Virus record (IMG/VR): IMGVR_UViG_3300022935_000005
Location: 1-64,000 of that record
DNA: 64,000 nt
Reading direction: 5' to 3' (one strand)
A program made the position numbers and the translations under genes. Below are positions 24,777 through 33,888 of this stretch, piece after piece. Each line of letters begins with the position of its first letter. Within the stretch, counting starts at the first letter, position 1. The notes beneath the pieces were generated by a model. The model searched no databases. It was not told the DNA's origin and saw nothing but the letters and a program-made list of their open reading frames with translations.

Positions 24777-26033
24777 ATGAAAAACAAAGTTATTGCTGGT
24801 ACCTCACTTGATCGAATTAATTCTGATCTACTAGATCATATCAAGTCATTTGTTGAATCTATAGATAGCAAGAGTTATTCGCTTGTTGCGGAAGGCGGCC
24901 TATATTCATTAGGGTGGCTTGATTCATTTCGTTTGTTTTTAGAGCAGTATAAAGATAACGACTCTCCTCAAAAGAAGATGATTGTCTCATCTTTGCACAA
25001 CCTTAACAAGACATGCCCATGGGCAATACCTTTATACTTCGAAGAATTTTTTAGTTGTAATAAGGGGTTTGGCGTCCCAAAGAGAATTAGCTCTTTAGAG
25101 TTGTTTAATGGTATGAATAGAGTTAATGATGAGTTCATAACAGCCAATTCATCTACGCTCTATGACGCAATTCTACAATCAGGCTCATCAGGAAGTTTAA
25201 CTCTTAAGCACCACGATGATGCATCTCCTTTTGTAGAAACCCACTTGGGATTTAAAACCCTAGTATCTCTAAATGAGTTTTTTCATGGTTATGTTGGTTC
25301 CAGAGAAATAAAGGACTGTAAAGTACTTGTTGTAAACGGGGCTATTATAGATGTCAGTGAAATACATCATATCCTAGAATATGCATACGACACCAAAGAC
25401 AACATTATCATAGTGTCCAGCGCGTTTTCAGATGATGTTTCAAATACACTCTACGTAAACTGGAGCTCTGGTAAGACTCATATCATACCTTTTGTGTTAC
25501 CAGATTCAATAGAAACGATAAATGAAGCAAAAGATATATGCACAGCTTTGGGTATAGTTCCAGTTGATAAAGCAAATGGACTAAGACTTAGTAACATCGA
25601 CTTGAAAGAGCACAAGGGAATAGATGTGTATTATGACAGTAGCAAAGATACGCTTAGACTTTTACTAGATGATGTTGGCAGTTTACGAATCCACAAAGCA
25701 AAAATGAGTCTACAGGACCAGTACGAAAACGAAGAAGTTGATGATGTGAAAAGTATACTCTCAGAAAGAATAAGCAGAATGTCTGCTAGAAATACTGTCA
25801 TCTACACGAGACTTTCTAACACGAGCAAAGGCCTGCTAGAGGATCGAGCAGGAGCAGTGTTCTCGTACTTTTCAAGATGTGCTAAGCAGAATGTAGTAGA
25901 AATGAATGACGAATATTTCGTAAAATATCTACCAGCTAATGATGCTGCTAAAGCAGTCAACATGGCAAAATCTGATCGTAGATCCTTAAGTAGTATTAAG
26001 GCCATCTTAAGGATAGATGATGAAGCATGTTGA
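24777..26033 (+). CDS. Degenerate GroEL/Cpn60-like protein
   Basis: Apical-domain-like KVLVVNGAIIDVSEIHHILE..NIIIVSSAFSDDVSNTLYVN; ILSERISRMS; no GDGTT motif. Confidence 0.65.
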   Translation: MKNKVIAGTSLDRINSDLLDHIKSFVESIDSKSYSLVAEGGLYSLGWLDSFRLFLEQYKDNDSPQKKMIVSSLHNLNKTCPWAIPLYFEEFFSCNKGFGVPKRISSLELFNGMNRVNDEFITANSSTLYDAILQSGSSGSLTLKHHDDASPFVETHLGFKTLVSLNEFFHGYVGSREIKDCKVLVVNGAIIDVSEIHHILEYAYDTKDNIIIVSSAFSDDVSNTLYVNWSSGKTHIIPFVLPDSIETINEAKDICTALGIVPVDKANGLRLSNIDLKEHKGIDVYYDSSKDTLRLLLDDVGSLRIHKAKMSLQDQYENEEVDDVKSILSERISRMSARNTVIYTRLSNTSKGLLEDRAGAVFSYFSRCAKQNVVEMNDEYFVKYLPANDAAKAVNMAKSDRRSLSSIKAILRIDDEAC

Positions 26034-26493
26034 TTTAACACAGCTTACTTGGTGTAATGCAAGTTCTGACGTGGTTGAATTTAACGAAGTTCTAAGTGCT
26101 GTTGAGCTATCAAGAGGAAAAAAAGAACTACATGTTGGATGTGATTCACACTTCATAGGAAATCGATGTATTTTTGCTGTTGTGGTAGCGCTATACGAAA
26201 AGGGAAAAGGCGGGACCTACTTTTTTGCTAGAATCAAGAAAGATAGAAAGCTGTTCCACAATTTGAAGATCAGACTCTTGAAAGAGACGGAATACTCGAT
26301 CTCTTTGGCGGGACTTATAGGTGATACCCAAAGTGATGTTAATGTTCACTTAGATATCAACCCTAATGAAGCCTTTAAATCTAATGTAGTTTTTACTTCT
26401 GCGACGGCATGGGTAAAATCACTAGGTTACCAGTGTATTGTAAAGCCTGATTCTTGGGCCTCATCATGGTTAGCAGATGCGTACGCTAAGTAG
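26017..26493 (+). CDS. RNase H-like YkuK/DUF458 protein
   Basis: HVGCDS, RLLKETEYS, VHLDIN, KPDSWASSWLAD. Confidence 0.85.
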   Translation: MMKHVDLTQLTWCNASSDVVEFNEVLSAVELSRGKKELHVGCDSHFIGNRCIFAVVVALYEKGKGGTYFFARIKKDRKLFHNLKIRLLKETEYSISLAGLIGDTQSDVNVHLDINPNEAFKSNVVFTSATAWVKSLGYQCIVKPDSWASSWLADAYAK

Positions 26494-26530
26494 AAAAGAT
26501 AAATGCATCGATTTTTTTAGGAGAATATTC

Positions 26531-26758
26531 ATGCCAAGAAAAAATTCAGCACCATCAGTGCCTGTTATTGAAAAGTCAAAAGTCAAAGAAGCATTCTTAG
26601 ACTGTAAAGCTCTCTGTGAAGACTCTGTTTCCAGAGCAGTTGCAGAGATGGTTGCTCAAGAGCAAATAACTAGAGAACAGGCCGAAAGAATCTCAGCAGT
26701 CCTTCAGCCCGTCCTTGCAGACTCTATATTCAGAACGATGAGTAATAGAGGCTTCTAG
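26531..26758 (+). CDS. Hypothetical protein
   Basis: AGGAG SD before MPRK. Confidence 0.7.
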   Translation: MPRKNSAPSVPVIEKSKVKEAFLDCKALCEDSVSRAVAEMVAQEQITREQAERISAVLQPVLADSIFRTMSNRGF

Positions 26759-27237
26759 TGCAAAAGCAAGGGATCAAGCATCTTATAAAATGCAGATGCA
26801 TACTTCCAACGATGAAAAGACTCAGTGATCCGCCGGCTCACTCATTTGTTGTATTTTCTGTTGTGGGAGAAGATGGGGTGATGATCCCAAAAAAAGCTAG
26901 TTGTAATAATTGTGGTATCATGCACGAAGTTATAGAGGCATGTACGTCCAAGATTATTACCAGTGCCGAAGGTTCTGCTTCTGAAATGTCTCTCGAAGAC
27001 GTGGCAGTTTTTTTACCTGAGAGCGTCCGAAATGTATTATCATCTTACAATCTAGAGTTGCCAGACTACGAATACGTTAGGTTTATGATCGAAGAAAATA
27101 AGGTCGGAGAATGGTTAATTTTAGGTAGCGAATTAAACGATACAAGAAGGTCAGGTAAAATCCTAAAGTATAAAGGTGATAACCGGTTTGAGGTTGAGCC
27201 ATTTTCTAGGGAAGAATTTTTTGGTAATAGCAAATGA
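26758..27237 (+). CDS. Hypothetical Zn-ribbon protein
   Basis: CRC, CNNCG, H and C residues. Confidence 0.75.
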   Translation: MQKQGIKHLIKCRCILPTMKRLSDPPAHSFVVFSVVGEDGVMIPKKASCNNCGIMHEVIEACTSKIITSAEGSASEMSLEDVAVFLPESVRNVLSSYNLELPDYEYVRFMIEENKVGEWLILGSELNDTRRSGKILKYKGDNRFEVEPFSREEFFGNSK

Positions 27238-27518
27238 ACGCTAACAAGAATATGAATAATGACAAGCTTCATAATGAAGATGTCAATTGGTTAAACGACA
27301 CTAAGAAATCTAGAGAAATTGTTACTGAGATTTTAAGGTTTGGTGTGACACAAACACAAATGAAGAAGATTATTGGTTTACTAGCATTAGAGCTAGAAGA
27401 TAGATCTCTGATGATTGGCATTAGAAATCTAGTAGAGCCTTCCGAAGAATCTGAAAGCTCTGATAGTGAAAATTCACAAACAAAATTGATATACCCAGGA
27501 GGAATGGAAGATGAGTGA
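27234..27518 (+). CDS. Hypothetical protein
   Basis: ATGA overlap. Confidence 0.75.
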   Translation: MNANKNMNNDKLHNEDVNWLNDTKKSREIVTEILRFGVTQTQMKKIIGLLALELEDRSLMIGIRNLVEPSEESESSDSENSQTKLIYPGGMEDE

Positions 27519-27702
27519 ATCTACTAGCATTTTAGAGAGTTGGGAGTCTCTTAAGACTCTAGTCGAAGAGCTTGAGCTTGACGTGCATAAAAACGCTCAT
27601 GGCAATAAGTCAGCCGGTGTGCGAGCTAGAAAGGGTCTTCGGGCTCTTAAGTCAGCAGCTGGAGATCTTGTTAAGCTAACTCTCGAAGCCCAGAAAGATT
27701 AA
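27511..27702 (+). CDS. Histone H1-like (Hc1 family) protein
   Basis: GNKSAGVRARKGLRALK. Confidence 0.8.
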   Translation: MSESTSILESWESLKTLVEELELDVHKNAHGNKSAGVRARKGLRALKSAAGDLVKLTLEAQKD

Positions 27703-27727
27703 GTTTTTAAAGTCATTTTGGCAACAT

Positions 27728-27755
27728 AAAAGAGAGGCATCGCCTCTCTTTTTTT
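27728..27755. terminator. Bidirectional terminator between convergent genes
   Basis: AAAAGAGAGGC-ATC-GCCTCTCTTTTTTT. Confidence 0.85.
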
Positions 27756-27775
27756 GTGTTCGAAGATAGTTAATA

Positions 27776-28090
27776 CTAGCAAGGATTGTCAACTGTCTCT
27801 ATTGAGGTTTTTAAGATTTGTTTAGCTATTTTCTCTATTTGACATATCCTCATCCTGGTCACATCAAAAATGTCACCAACCTCTTGAAGAGTAAGCGGTC
27901 CTTGCTCAGAAGCGTTGATGATACAATTTTGAAAATTTCCAGCCATATCTTGGAAATAACGGCATTCAGAAACAACACAACTTACATCAAAGTTTTTGCA
28001 TGCAGAAAAACATGTCTCTCCTTTTATTGGTTGAGCATTGTCTCTTAAATTTATTAATGATGGTTCTTTCTTATTTGTTTTCTTACCCAC
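27776..28090 (-). CDS. Sigma-70 region 4 HTH protein with Cys-rich N-terminal part
   Basis: LTLQEVGDIFDVTRMRICQIEK; GGAG SD before GTG. Confidence 0.85.
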   Translation of the reverse strand: MGKKTNKKEPSLINLRDNAQPIKGETCFSACKNFDVSCVVSECRYFQDMAGNFQNCIINASEQGPLTLQEVGDIFDVTRMRICQIEKIAKQILKTSIETVDNPC

Positions 28091-28160
28091 TAACGAAGTC
28101 CTCCATGAGGTTTATTGATTATTTTAAGTTGGAACTACCGGATTTTTCAAGGAGTTTATT

Positions 28161-29480
28161 TTGAGTAACGTCAGAAAAAGGTTCGTATTAGATACTAGCG
28201 TTCTGTTATATGACAAAACAGCAATACATTCTTTTCCCGGAAATGATGTCATCTTGCCGCTCCAAGTGATGGATGAGATTGATAAATTCAAGGAAAAGCC
28301 GGGAGTTATTGGAGAGTCAGCCAGATACGTTAACAGGTTTCTAGATGAAATGCGAGATTTTGGTAGACTAGATGTGGGAGTAGAAGTTCCAGAAGAATTC
28401 GCGGTCTCGCAAACTGTTATGATTAAGATTGAGGATAGAGTTGATTCTCTACCTAACGGATTAAAGGCCGACCGCCCCGACAACAAGATACTAGCAACTT
28501 GTCTCAACGAGGCTCAGAATGACGATCAGAGGCCCCTTGTCGTAATTACCAAAGACATTAACCTCCGAGTTAAGTGCGATGCACTGGGGATAGCTTCAGA
28601 GGACTACTATAAGGACCATATCGAGCAGGACAGCGCTGCCTTTACGGGGAGGAGAGAAATAGAGGTTACCAAGTCACAGCTTGACCTGTTTTTCCTTGAA
28701 GGAGAAGTAAAACTCACCGACCCGGCGCTCATCTTAATGCCTAATGAGTTTGTTGTGCTTAAGTCTGCTGAGAGTGGTGGATCTGGCTTAGGCATGTTTG
28801 ATGGAAACCAGATTGTTAAACTTAGACATGAGCCAGGAAAAGCAATGTCTGATTTTCAATCAAAAAATAAAGAGCAGAGATTTGCCGTAGAAGCATTGTT
28901 AGATAGTGACATAGAGCTGGTAACACTGACAGGCTTAGCTGGTTCAGGAAAGACTTACGTTGCGCTGATGGCTGGCCTTGACGGATTACAAGAGGGAAGG
29001 TACAACAGAATCGTAATCAGTAGGTCCATTCAACCTGTTGGTCGCGATTTAGGTTATTTACCCGGTGACGTCGACGAAAAAATGGCACCGTGGTTAGCTC
29101 CTATTATGGATAACTTTAGAACCATGATGGGTGATAAGGACTTTACGTATTTCAATATCATGATGGACAAGGGAGAGCTTGAAGTTGCTCCTCTATCATT
29201 TATTCGCGGTCGGACTTTCAATGATGCCTATGTAATAGTCGACGAGGCTCAAAACGCCACAATCCATGAGCTAAAGACTATCATCACCCGTGTTGGCAAG
29301 AATTCTAAAATCGTTCTTCTTGGAGATACAGATCAAATTGACACTCCGTACATCGACAGGCTAAGCAACGGATTGTCAATCGTTATCGATAAATTCAAGG
29401 ACAGAAAAGAACACGCGCATGTTCAGCTCGCCAAGGGACAGCGCTCCAATATAGCTTCAATTGCCTCAGAAATTCTTTAA
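28161..29480 (+). CDS. phoH: PIN-PhoH fusion (PhoH2/YlaK type)
   Basis: VLDTSVLL and DNKIL..ITKDINLRVK (PIN); GLAGSGKT, GYLPGD, RGRTF, DEAQN, GDTDQID. Confidence 0.93.
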   Translation: MSNVRKRFVLDTSVLLYDKTAIHSFPGNDVILPLQVMDEIDKFKEKPGVIGESARYVNRFLDEMRDFGRLDVGVEVPEEFAVSQTVMIKIEDRVDSLPNGLKADRPDNKILATCLNEAQNDDQRPLVVITKDINLRVKCDALGIASEDYYKDHIEQDSAAFTGRREIEVTKSQLDLFFLEGEVKLTDPALILMPNEFVVLKSAESGGSGLGMFDGNQIVKLRHEPGKAMSDFQSKNKEQRFAVEALLDSDIELVTLTGLAGSGKTYVALMAGLDGLQEGRYNRIVISRSIQPVGRDLGYLPGDVDEKMAPWLAPIMDNFRTMMGDKDFTYFNIMMDKGELEVAPLSFIRGRTFNDAYVIVDEAQNATIHELKTIITRVGKNSKIVLLGDTDQIDTPYIDRLSNGLSIVIDKFKDRKEHAHVQLAKGQRSNIASIASEIL

Positions 29481-29518
29481 ACGCTTCTTGCTACATATTT
29501 AAGCAAGAGGTGTAAATT

Positions 29519-29869
29519 ATGGCTGTTAGAACAAAGTCTATAGACAGAAACCGATGGCGTAAGACGTACCCGAGGTTTCGCAAAGAGCCCAAGCCTGGTC
29601 TTCAAGCGGATGGGCATGTCGTGCTAGATGGTATATTGGTCGACTTTAATAACGAAGATTCCAAGACAGCAACTTTCAAGGGATACTATAAGAACGAAAT
29701 ACCAACAGTCACTTTAACACCATACGGCGATATAAACAACGTAAATCTCTTCATAACGGGTATAGTTTTATCGGGTGTACCTTCCAGCGGAGGGCGTGAA
29801 GTTACAGTAACTATAGAGGCTAGTGCACCATTCACGGGACAAGTCCATGTGCAGGTGGTGCAAGTATGA
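29519..29869 (+). CDS. Putative virion/tail-associated protein
   Basis: Beta-rich; first gene after CATATTTA motif, upstream of the fibres. Confidence 0.7.
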   Translation: MAVRTKSIDRNRWRKTYPRFRKEPKPGLQADGHVVLDGILVDFNNEDSKTATFKGYYKNEIPTVTLTPYGDINNVNLFITGIVLSGVPSSGGREVTVTIEASAPFTGQVHVQVVQV

Positions 29870-30225
29870 TAGGAGATAGCATCTACATAGCTTCTGGAGT
29901 CGGTGTCATACCAGCAGGACAGGAAGACTTACTGGATCCTGTAGAGTTAGATTTCCCGTCAGACTATTTTCCGGTTATAACTGTAATTCCGTACAGGCCT
30001 GCAGTGGGCGCAGACTACGAAGATGATAATGCAAACATCAACATTCATTTATTCACGAGACTTGAATTTGATACTTCTGACGACAAGTGGAAATTCAATG
30101 TAAGAAGAAGTGTTGGGGAAAATCTTGTAGATGACGGTGGCATAGAAACCATGTCTTTTATGTGGAAAGCTATTGGGGTCAAAAACAAGACGCTAAGCAC
30201 GACAACAGTTACTGAGAATGCGTGA
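29866..30225 (+). CDS. Putative virion/tail-associated protein
   Basis: ATGA overlap; FPVITVIPY resembles IPTVTLTPY of the previous gene. Confidence 0.7.
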   Translation: MIGDSIYIASGVGVIPAGQEDLLDPVELDFPSDYFPVITVIPYRPAVGADYEDDNANINIHLFTRLEFDTSDDKWKFNVRRSVGENLVDDGGIETMSFMWKAIGVKNKTLSTTTVTENA

Positions 30226-30254
30226 AGATATAAGACAATTGGAGCTTTTAAGAT

Positions 30255-33200
30255 ATGGCAAAAGACTTTAGAGCAGACAGAATTAGAATAAAAGCTATTG
30301 TGGGCACAGGCTCTATTGCTAGCACAAAACCCCACCTCGGCTTGCTAATATACAGCTCCTCCATAGCATCTGACTGGAGAGGTAACGTCACTGATTCCGC
30401 CATACTATCTAATGTTGGTGATGACGTTTGGATGTTTGTAAGCGGAGCTGCCAATCCAGGACTTACAAGAGCTGATGGTTCTTCTGTTCTTTTCGGTGGA
30501 GATGTTGTTGTCAGTGGTACTCTTTGGGCTGAAAGAAGTGTCATTGAAGTGTCAGATACTGTTGTCGGTGACTTTAAGGTACCTAATAAGATCATACAGG
30601 GATACACTACGGATCCAACTACAGGTAAAGCGTTATTTCTCGCAGATCCCACAACCAGTAATAACGGAAGCAGCAACGGTGCTGGAAACATATCTTTTAA
30701 GATCGTCGACGGCGTAGCCGGAGCGTTCGCGTATCCCGACGACGGGTCAACGAACACAGACGTCTTTTTCCACGTGTCTGGTTCACGAGGAGTTAAGGGA
30801 ACGGATGATCGTGGTCTCGCTCTTTTCGATGGTGATGTCTTTATTTCTGGTAACTTTGAGCTGTCTCCAGAGTCTGCTTTCTCACTGGCGGGGGACTTCA
30901 CAATTGGTGGTGACCTAACCGTTGGTGGAAATGACATTCTCGGGTCCGCTGGTAATGCTCTGAGCTTCGGAGCCGTAGATCCTGATGTCACCATTACCAG
31001 AGGACTTAAAATAGGAAACGACGCCCTTACAGGGTCTGATGGTACGGTTTTTCTTGTTCACACTGGAGCGGGAAATACCGGAATATACGGTATGCTGCAA
31101 GTAGCTGGTAACGAAATCAAGAACTCTCAATGGGACACGGTCTTGAGGTTCTCAGAATATAGTGGAACTCCAGGTACTATATATGGTCAAGGGGTGGGAG
31201 GAAAGCCAGGGCCCTTATTGGGAGAAGTGTATATAACCGGTTCAGGAGTAGGGTATGGCGCCGCAGAGCTCTTCATTGATGGTGATCGAAAGCAGGGCGT
31301 TTTAAATCTTTCGAATATCAACGCTGGTATTTCAAGCGAGGACCCACTCGGAGTAATCAAGTTTGGCTCCAATAATGGAGGCTCAGGTCGTTCCGATGCA
31401 GCTTACATAGGTGCACGAGCAAAATCAACCTGGAGTACTGTACCAGATTTTAACACAGCGATTGAATTCTGGACAAGAGGAACTTCTGACAGCGGATTTG
31501 GACCCCCTAAGCTAAGAGCAACTATAGAAAACAACCCCAACGTCTCAGACAGGATTCAGCTCACGATTAGCGGAAACCTTAAGCTAGCTGACGGCCTCTC
31601 CCCTGGCGGTGGGAGTAGTTTTGGATCTAGTGTTCTTAGTGCTGATGATGTTGTTTCGTTCAGCGTTTTAGACAACGGAACAGTCCGCTTTTTTGAGGAC
31701 GCTATTATAGATAGTGATGTTTACATCGGCGGAAATCTAGACGTTAACGGTACGTTGACAACGATAGATACTGTAAACCTGCAAGTTAAGGATGCCCTAA
31801 TCGAGCTAGCTAGCGCTGGCGGAGGCGGTTCAAATAACACAAATGGCGGTATTGCAATTGCCAGTGGTTCTAGTATAAATGATGTATCTCTGGTGTTCGG
31901 GCGAGGTAGCGCAAATGATACGTGGCGCGCTGGTATAAAAGATACCGTTGAAGGAACTATAACTGATGTATCCGATTCTGAACCTGTTAGGGTAGAAATG
32001 GCTGGCGTCAGTATCCCAGCGACTGCACCCGGAGTTGGTTACCTGCTAATAACAGGTTCTGACAATGCTCTCGGTACCGTAACTCACTTAACAGCGTCGA
32101 CAGGAAACGGACTAGGTAGAGGCGGTATTCTGTTTAATCCAGGACCTAGCTATGGTACAACATTCAAAAATCAGATCAACTTAGACCCGGGTAATCAAAT
32201 CAATGCCGGTGACAATCCATTGATGGTTACCTCTGATGGAAATGATTTAAGCTTCTACGCTCCAGCCGGTTCATTCCAGGTACGGAATGTTCAGAGTCAA
32301 CTTGCGGGAGCAACTCCCGCTGATGATGACACTGATCTCCAGATTGGTATTCCCACAACTAAATTGAGGTCTGAGAGACTTGGATCTACATGGTTCTATG
32401 GTTCACAGCTTTTCGTTTCCGGTACTCATATTAACATAATAGCAGACAGACCAGCCGACGGCGGCGGGGGAAGTTACTTGAATAATATACCGGCACAAAG
32501 CATCGTTCTTAGTGCGTCTTCAGATGAGCAAGCCGGTGGAGCAGTTATAATTCTTAGCTCCAGTCAAGAATATGCTGGTGGACCGGGTAGCGGATTCGAA
32601 GGATTCATATCTATCGGTGGGAACCAAGCAGACGTCGATCGTGACTTTACCATGCTTCGACATCGGGACGTAAGGACACTATTGAGTGGAGCTGTTGGTA
32701 CAACCAACTCTAACACAAGAGGGGTTACCTTAGTCGGAGGTGACTTGGTTGTCTCTGGTAACACTGATTTTAAAGGCGCTGTTGCTATTGGTTCAATCTC
32801 TTCAGATAACTTGACACTCGCATCCGTGAGCTCAAATGAACCATATCTCAGATTTAGAGACAGTACTGTACAAATCAATAGAAGAACCGGAGATGACGCT
32901 TTAGTGTTTCTTGATGGTGACTTAGGTATATCTAAATCTCTTAGAGATCTGGCTTCCTTATCTGTCACTGACAATACTGACGTCTTTACAATCAGTGGTG
33001 GTGAACCATCGTACATAAAGACGACTGGCTCGTTCTCATTCGATTCAGATGATCAGTATACGACCGCTGTGAATGGCGGTAACTCAGATACATATTTCTA
33101 CGTTAGTGGATCAATAGGTTCTGCCGTCAAATCCTACCGACCAGCCAGCAACTTGGATAGAGGAACAGCAGTGTTCGGTGGTGATGTACACATATCTGGT

Positions 33201-33884
33201 TCAATATTCACTGACAATCCTCAATTCTATATGACACTCCACACTGCATATAATACGCCTGGCTATGGTTATCCGGTACCGTTTTCCGGGCTCATGGCAG
33301 GTGCTGGTGCAGTAATTGATACGGACGGATCAGGAATTCCAGTTCAGGTGAGAGGTGCAAATGCAGGTAATGAACACCTGTTAGCTCTCACAGGAAGTAT
33401 GGCATTTGCGTATCCGGGTAGCGGTGATAATGTCAAGATAGAGATGAAGACAGACAACCGGCTCGAATTTCACAACAGCGCCGGCGAAGTTTTCAGGATG
33501 ACAGGCGCGAGTGGCGGACAAGCTGTCTGGTTTACGGGTAACAACAGAATCTATTTTGAGGATACATCTAGATATGTTTATGGCGTCACGCAAGACTCAG
33601 TCAAGAAGTTGAAACTTGAAAACACTGATTCAGGCGGAACAGTCGCTGTCTCCACAAATTCAGGACGAATGGAAGTCACCGGGAGTCTTTACCCGGGTGC
33701 AGACAACACCTACGATCTTGGGTCCAATGATTACAGGTGGGCAAACATCTATACAGGCGACTTACACCTGCAAAATGAACGTGGCGATTGGACTGTGATC
33801 GAGGAAGAAGACTTTCTCACTTTGCGAAACAATAAGAACGGCAAGAGATACAAGCTCTTGATGGAACTTATGGACGAGGAATAA
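30255..33884 (+). CDS. Long tail fibre protein
   Basis: 1209 aa Gly/Ser/Thr-rich, internal repeats, C-terminal YDLGS..RWANIYTGDLHL. Confidence 0.85.
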   Translation: MAKDFRADRIRIKAIVGTGSIASTKPHLGLLIYSSSIASDWRGNVTDSAILSNVGDDVWMFVSGAANPGLTRADGSSVLFGGDVVVSGTLWAERSVIEVSDTVVGDFKVPNKIIQGYTTDPTTGKALFLADPTTSNNGSSNGAGNISFKIVDGVAGAFAYPDDGSTNTDVFFHVSGSRGVKGTDDRGLALFDGDVFISGNFELSPESAFSLAGDFTIGGDLTVGGNDILGSAGNALSFGAVDPDVTITRGLKIGNDALTGSDGTVFLVHTGAGNTGIYGMLQVAGNEIKNSQWDTVLRFSEYSGTPGTIYGQGVGGKPGPLLGEVYITGSGVGYGAAELFIDGDRKQGVLNLSNINAGISSEDPLGVIKFGSNNGGSGRSDAAYIGARAKSTWSTVPDFNTAIEFWTRGTSDSGFGPPKLRATIENNPNVSDRIQLTISGNLKLADGLSPGGGSSFGSSVLSADDVVSFSVLDNGTVRFFEDAIIDSDVYIGGNLDVNGTLTTIDTVNLQVKDALIELASAGGGGSNNTNGGIAIASGSSINDVSLVFGRGSANDTWRAGIKDTVEGTITDVSDSEPVRVEMAGVSIPATAPGVGYLLITGSDNALGTVTHLTASTGNGLGRGGILFNPGPSYGTTFKNQINLDPGNQINAGDNPLMVTSDGNDLSFYAPAGSFQVRNVQSQLAGATPADDDTDLQIGIPTTKLRSERLGSTWFYGSQLFVSGTHINIIADRPADGGGGSYLNNIPAQSIVLSASSDEQAGGAVIILSSSQEYAGGPGSGFEGFISIGGNQADVDRDFTMLRHRDVRTLLSGAVGTTNSNTRGVTLVGGDLVVSGNTDFKGAVAIGSISSDNLTLASVSSNEPYLRFRDSTVQINRRTGDDALVFLDGDLGISKSLRDLASLSVTDNTDVFTISGGEPSYIKTTGSFSFDSDDQYTTAVNGGNSDTYFYVSGSIGSAVKSYRPASNLDRGTAVFGGDVHISGSIFTDNPQFYMTLHTAYNTPGYGYPVPFSGLMAGAGAVIDTDGSGIPVQVRGANAGNEHLLALTGSMAFAYPGSGDNVKIEMKTDNRLEFHNSAGEVFRMTGASGGQAVWFTGNNRIYFEDTSRYVYGVTQDSVKKLKLENTDSGGTVAVSTNSGRMEVTGSLYPGADNTYDLGSNDYRWANIYTGDLHLQNERGDWTVIEEEDFLTLRNNKNGKRYKLLMELMDEE

Positions 33885-33888
33885 GAAT

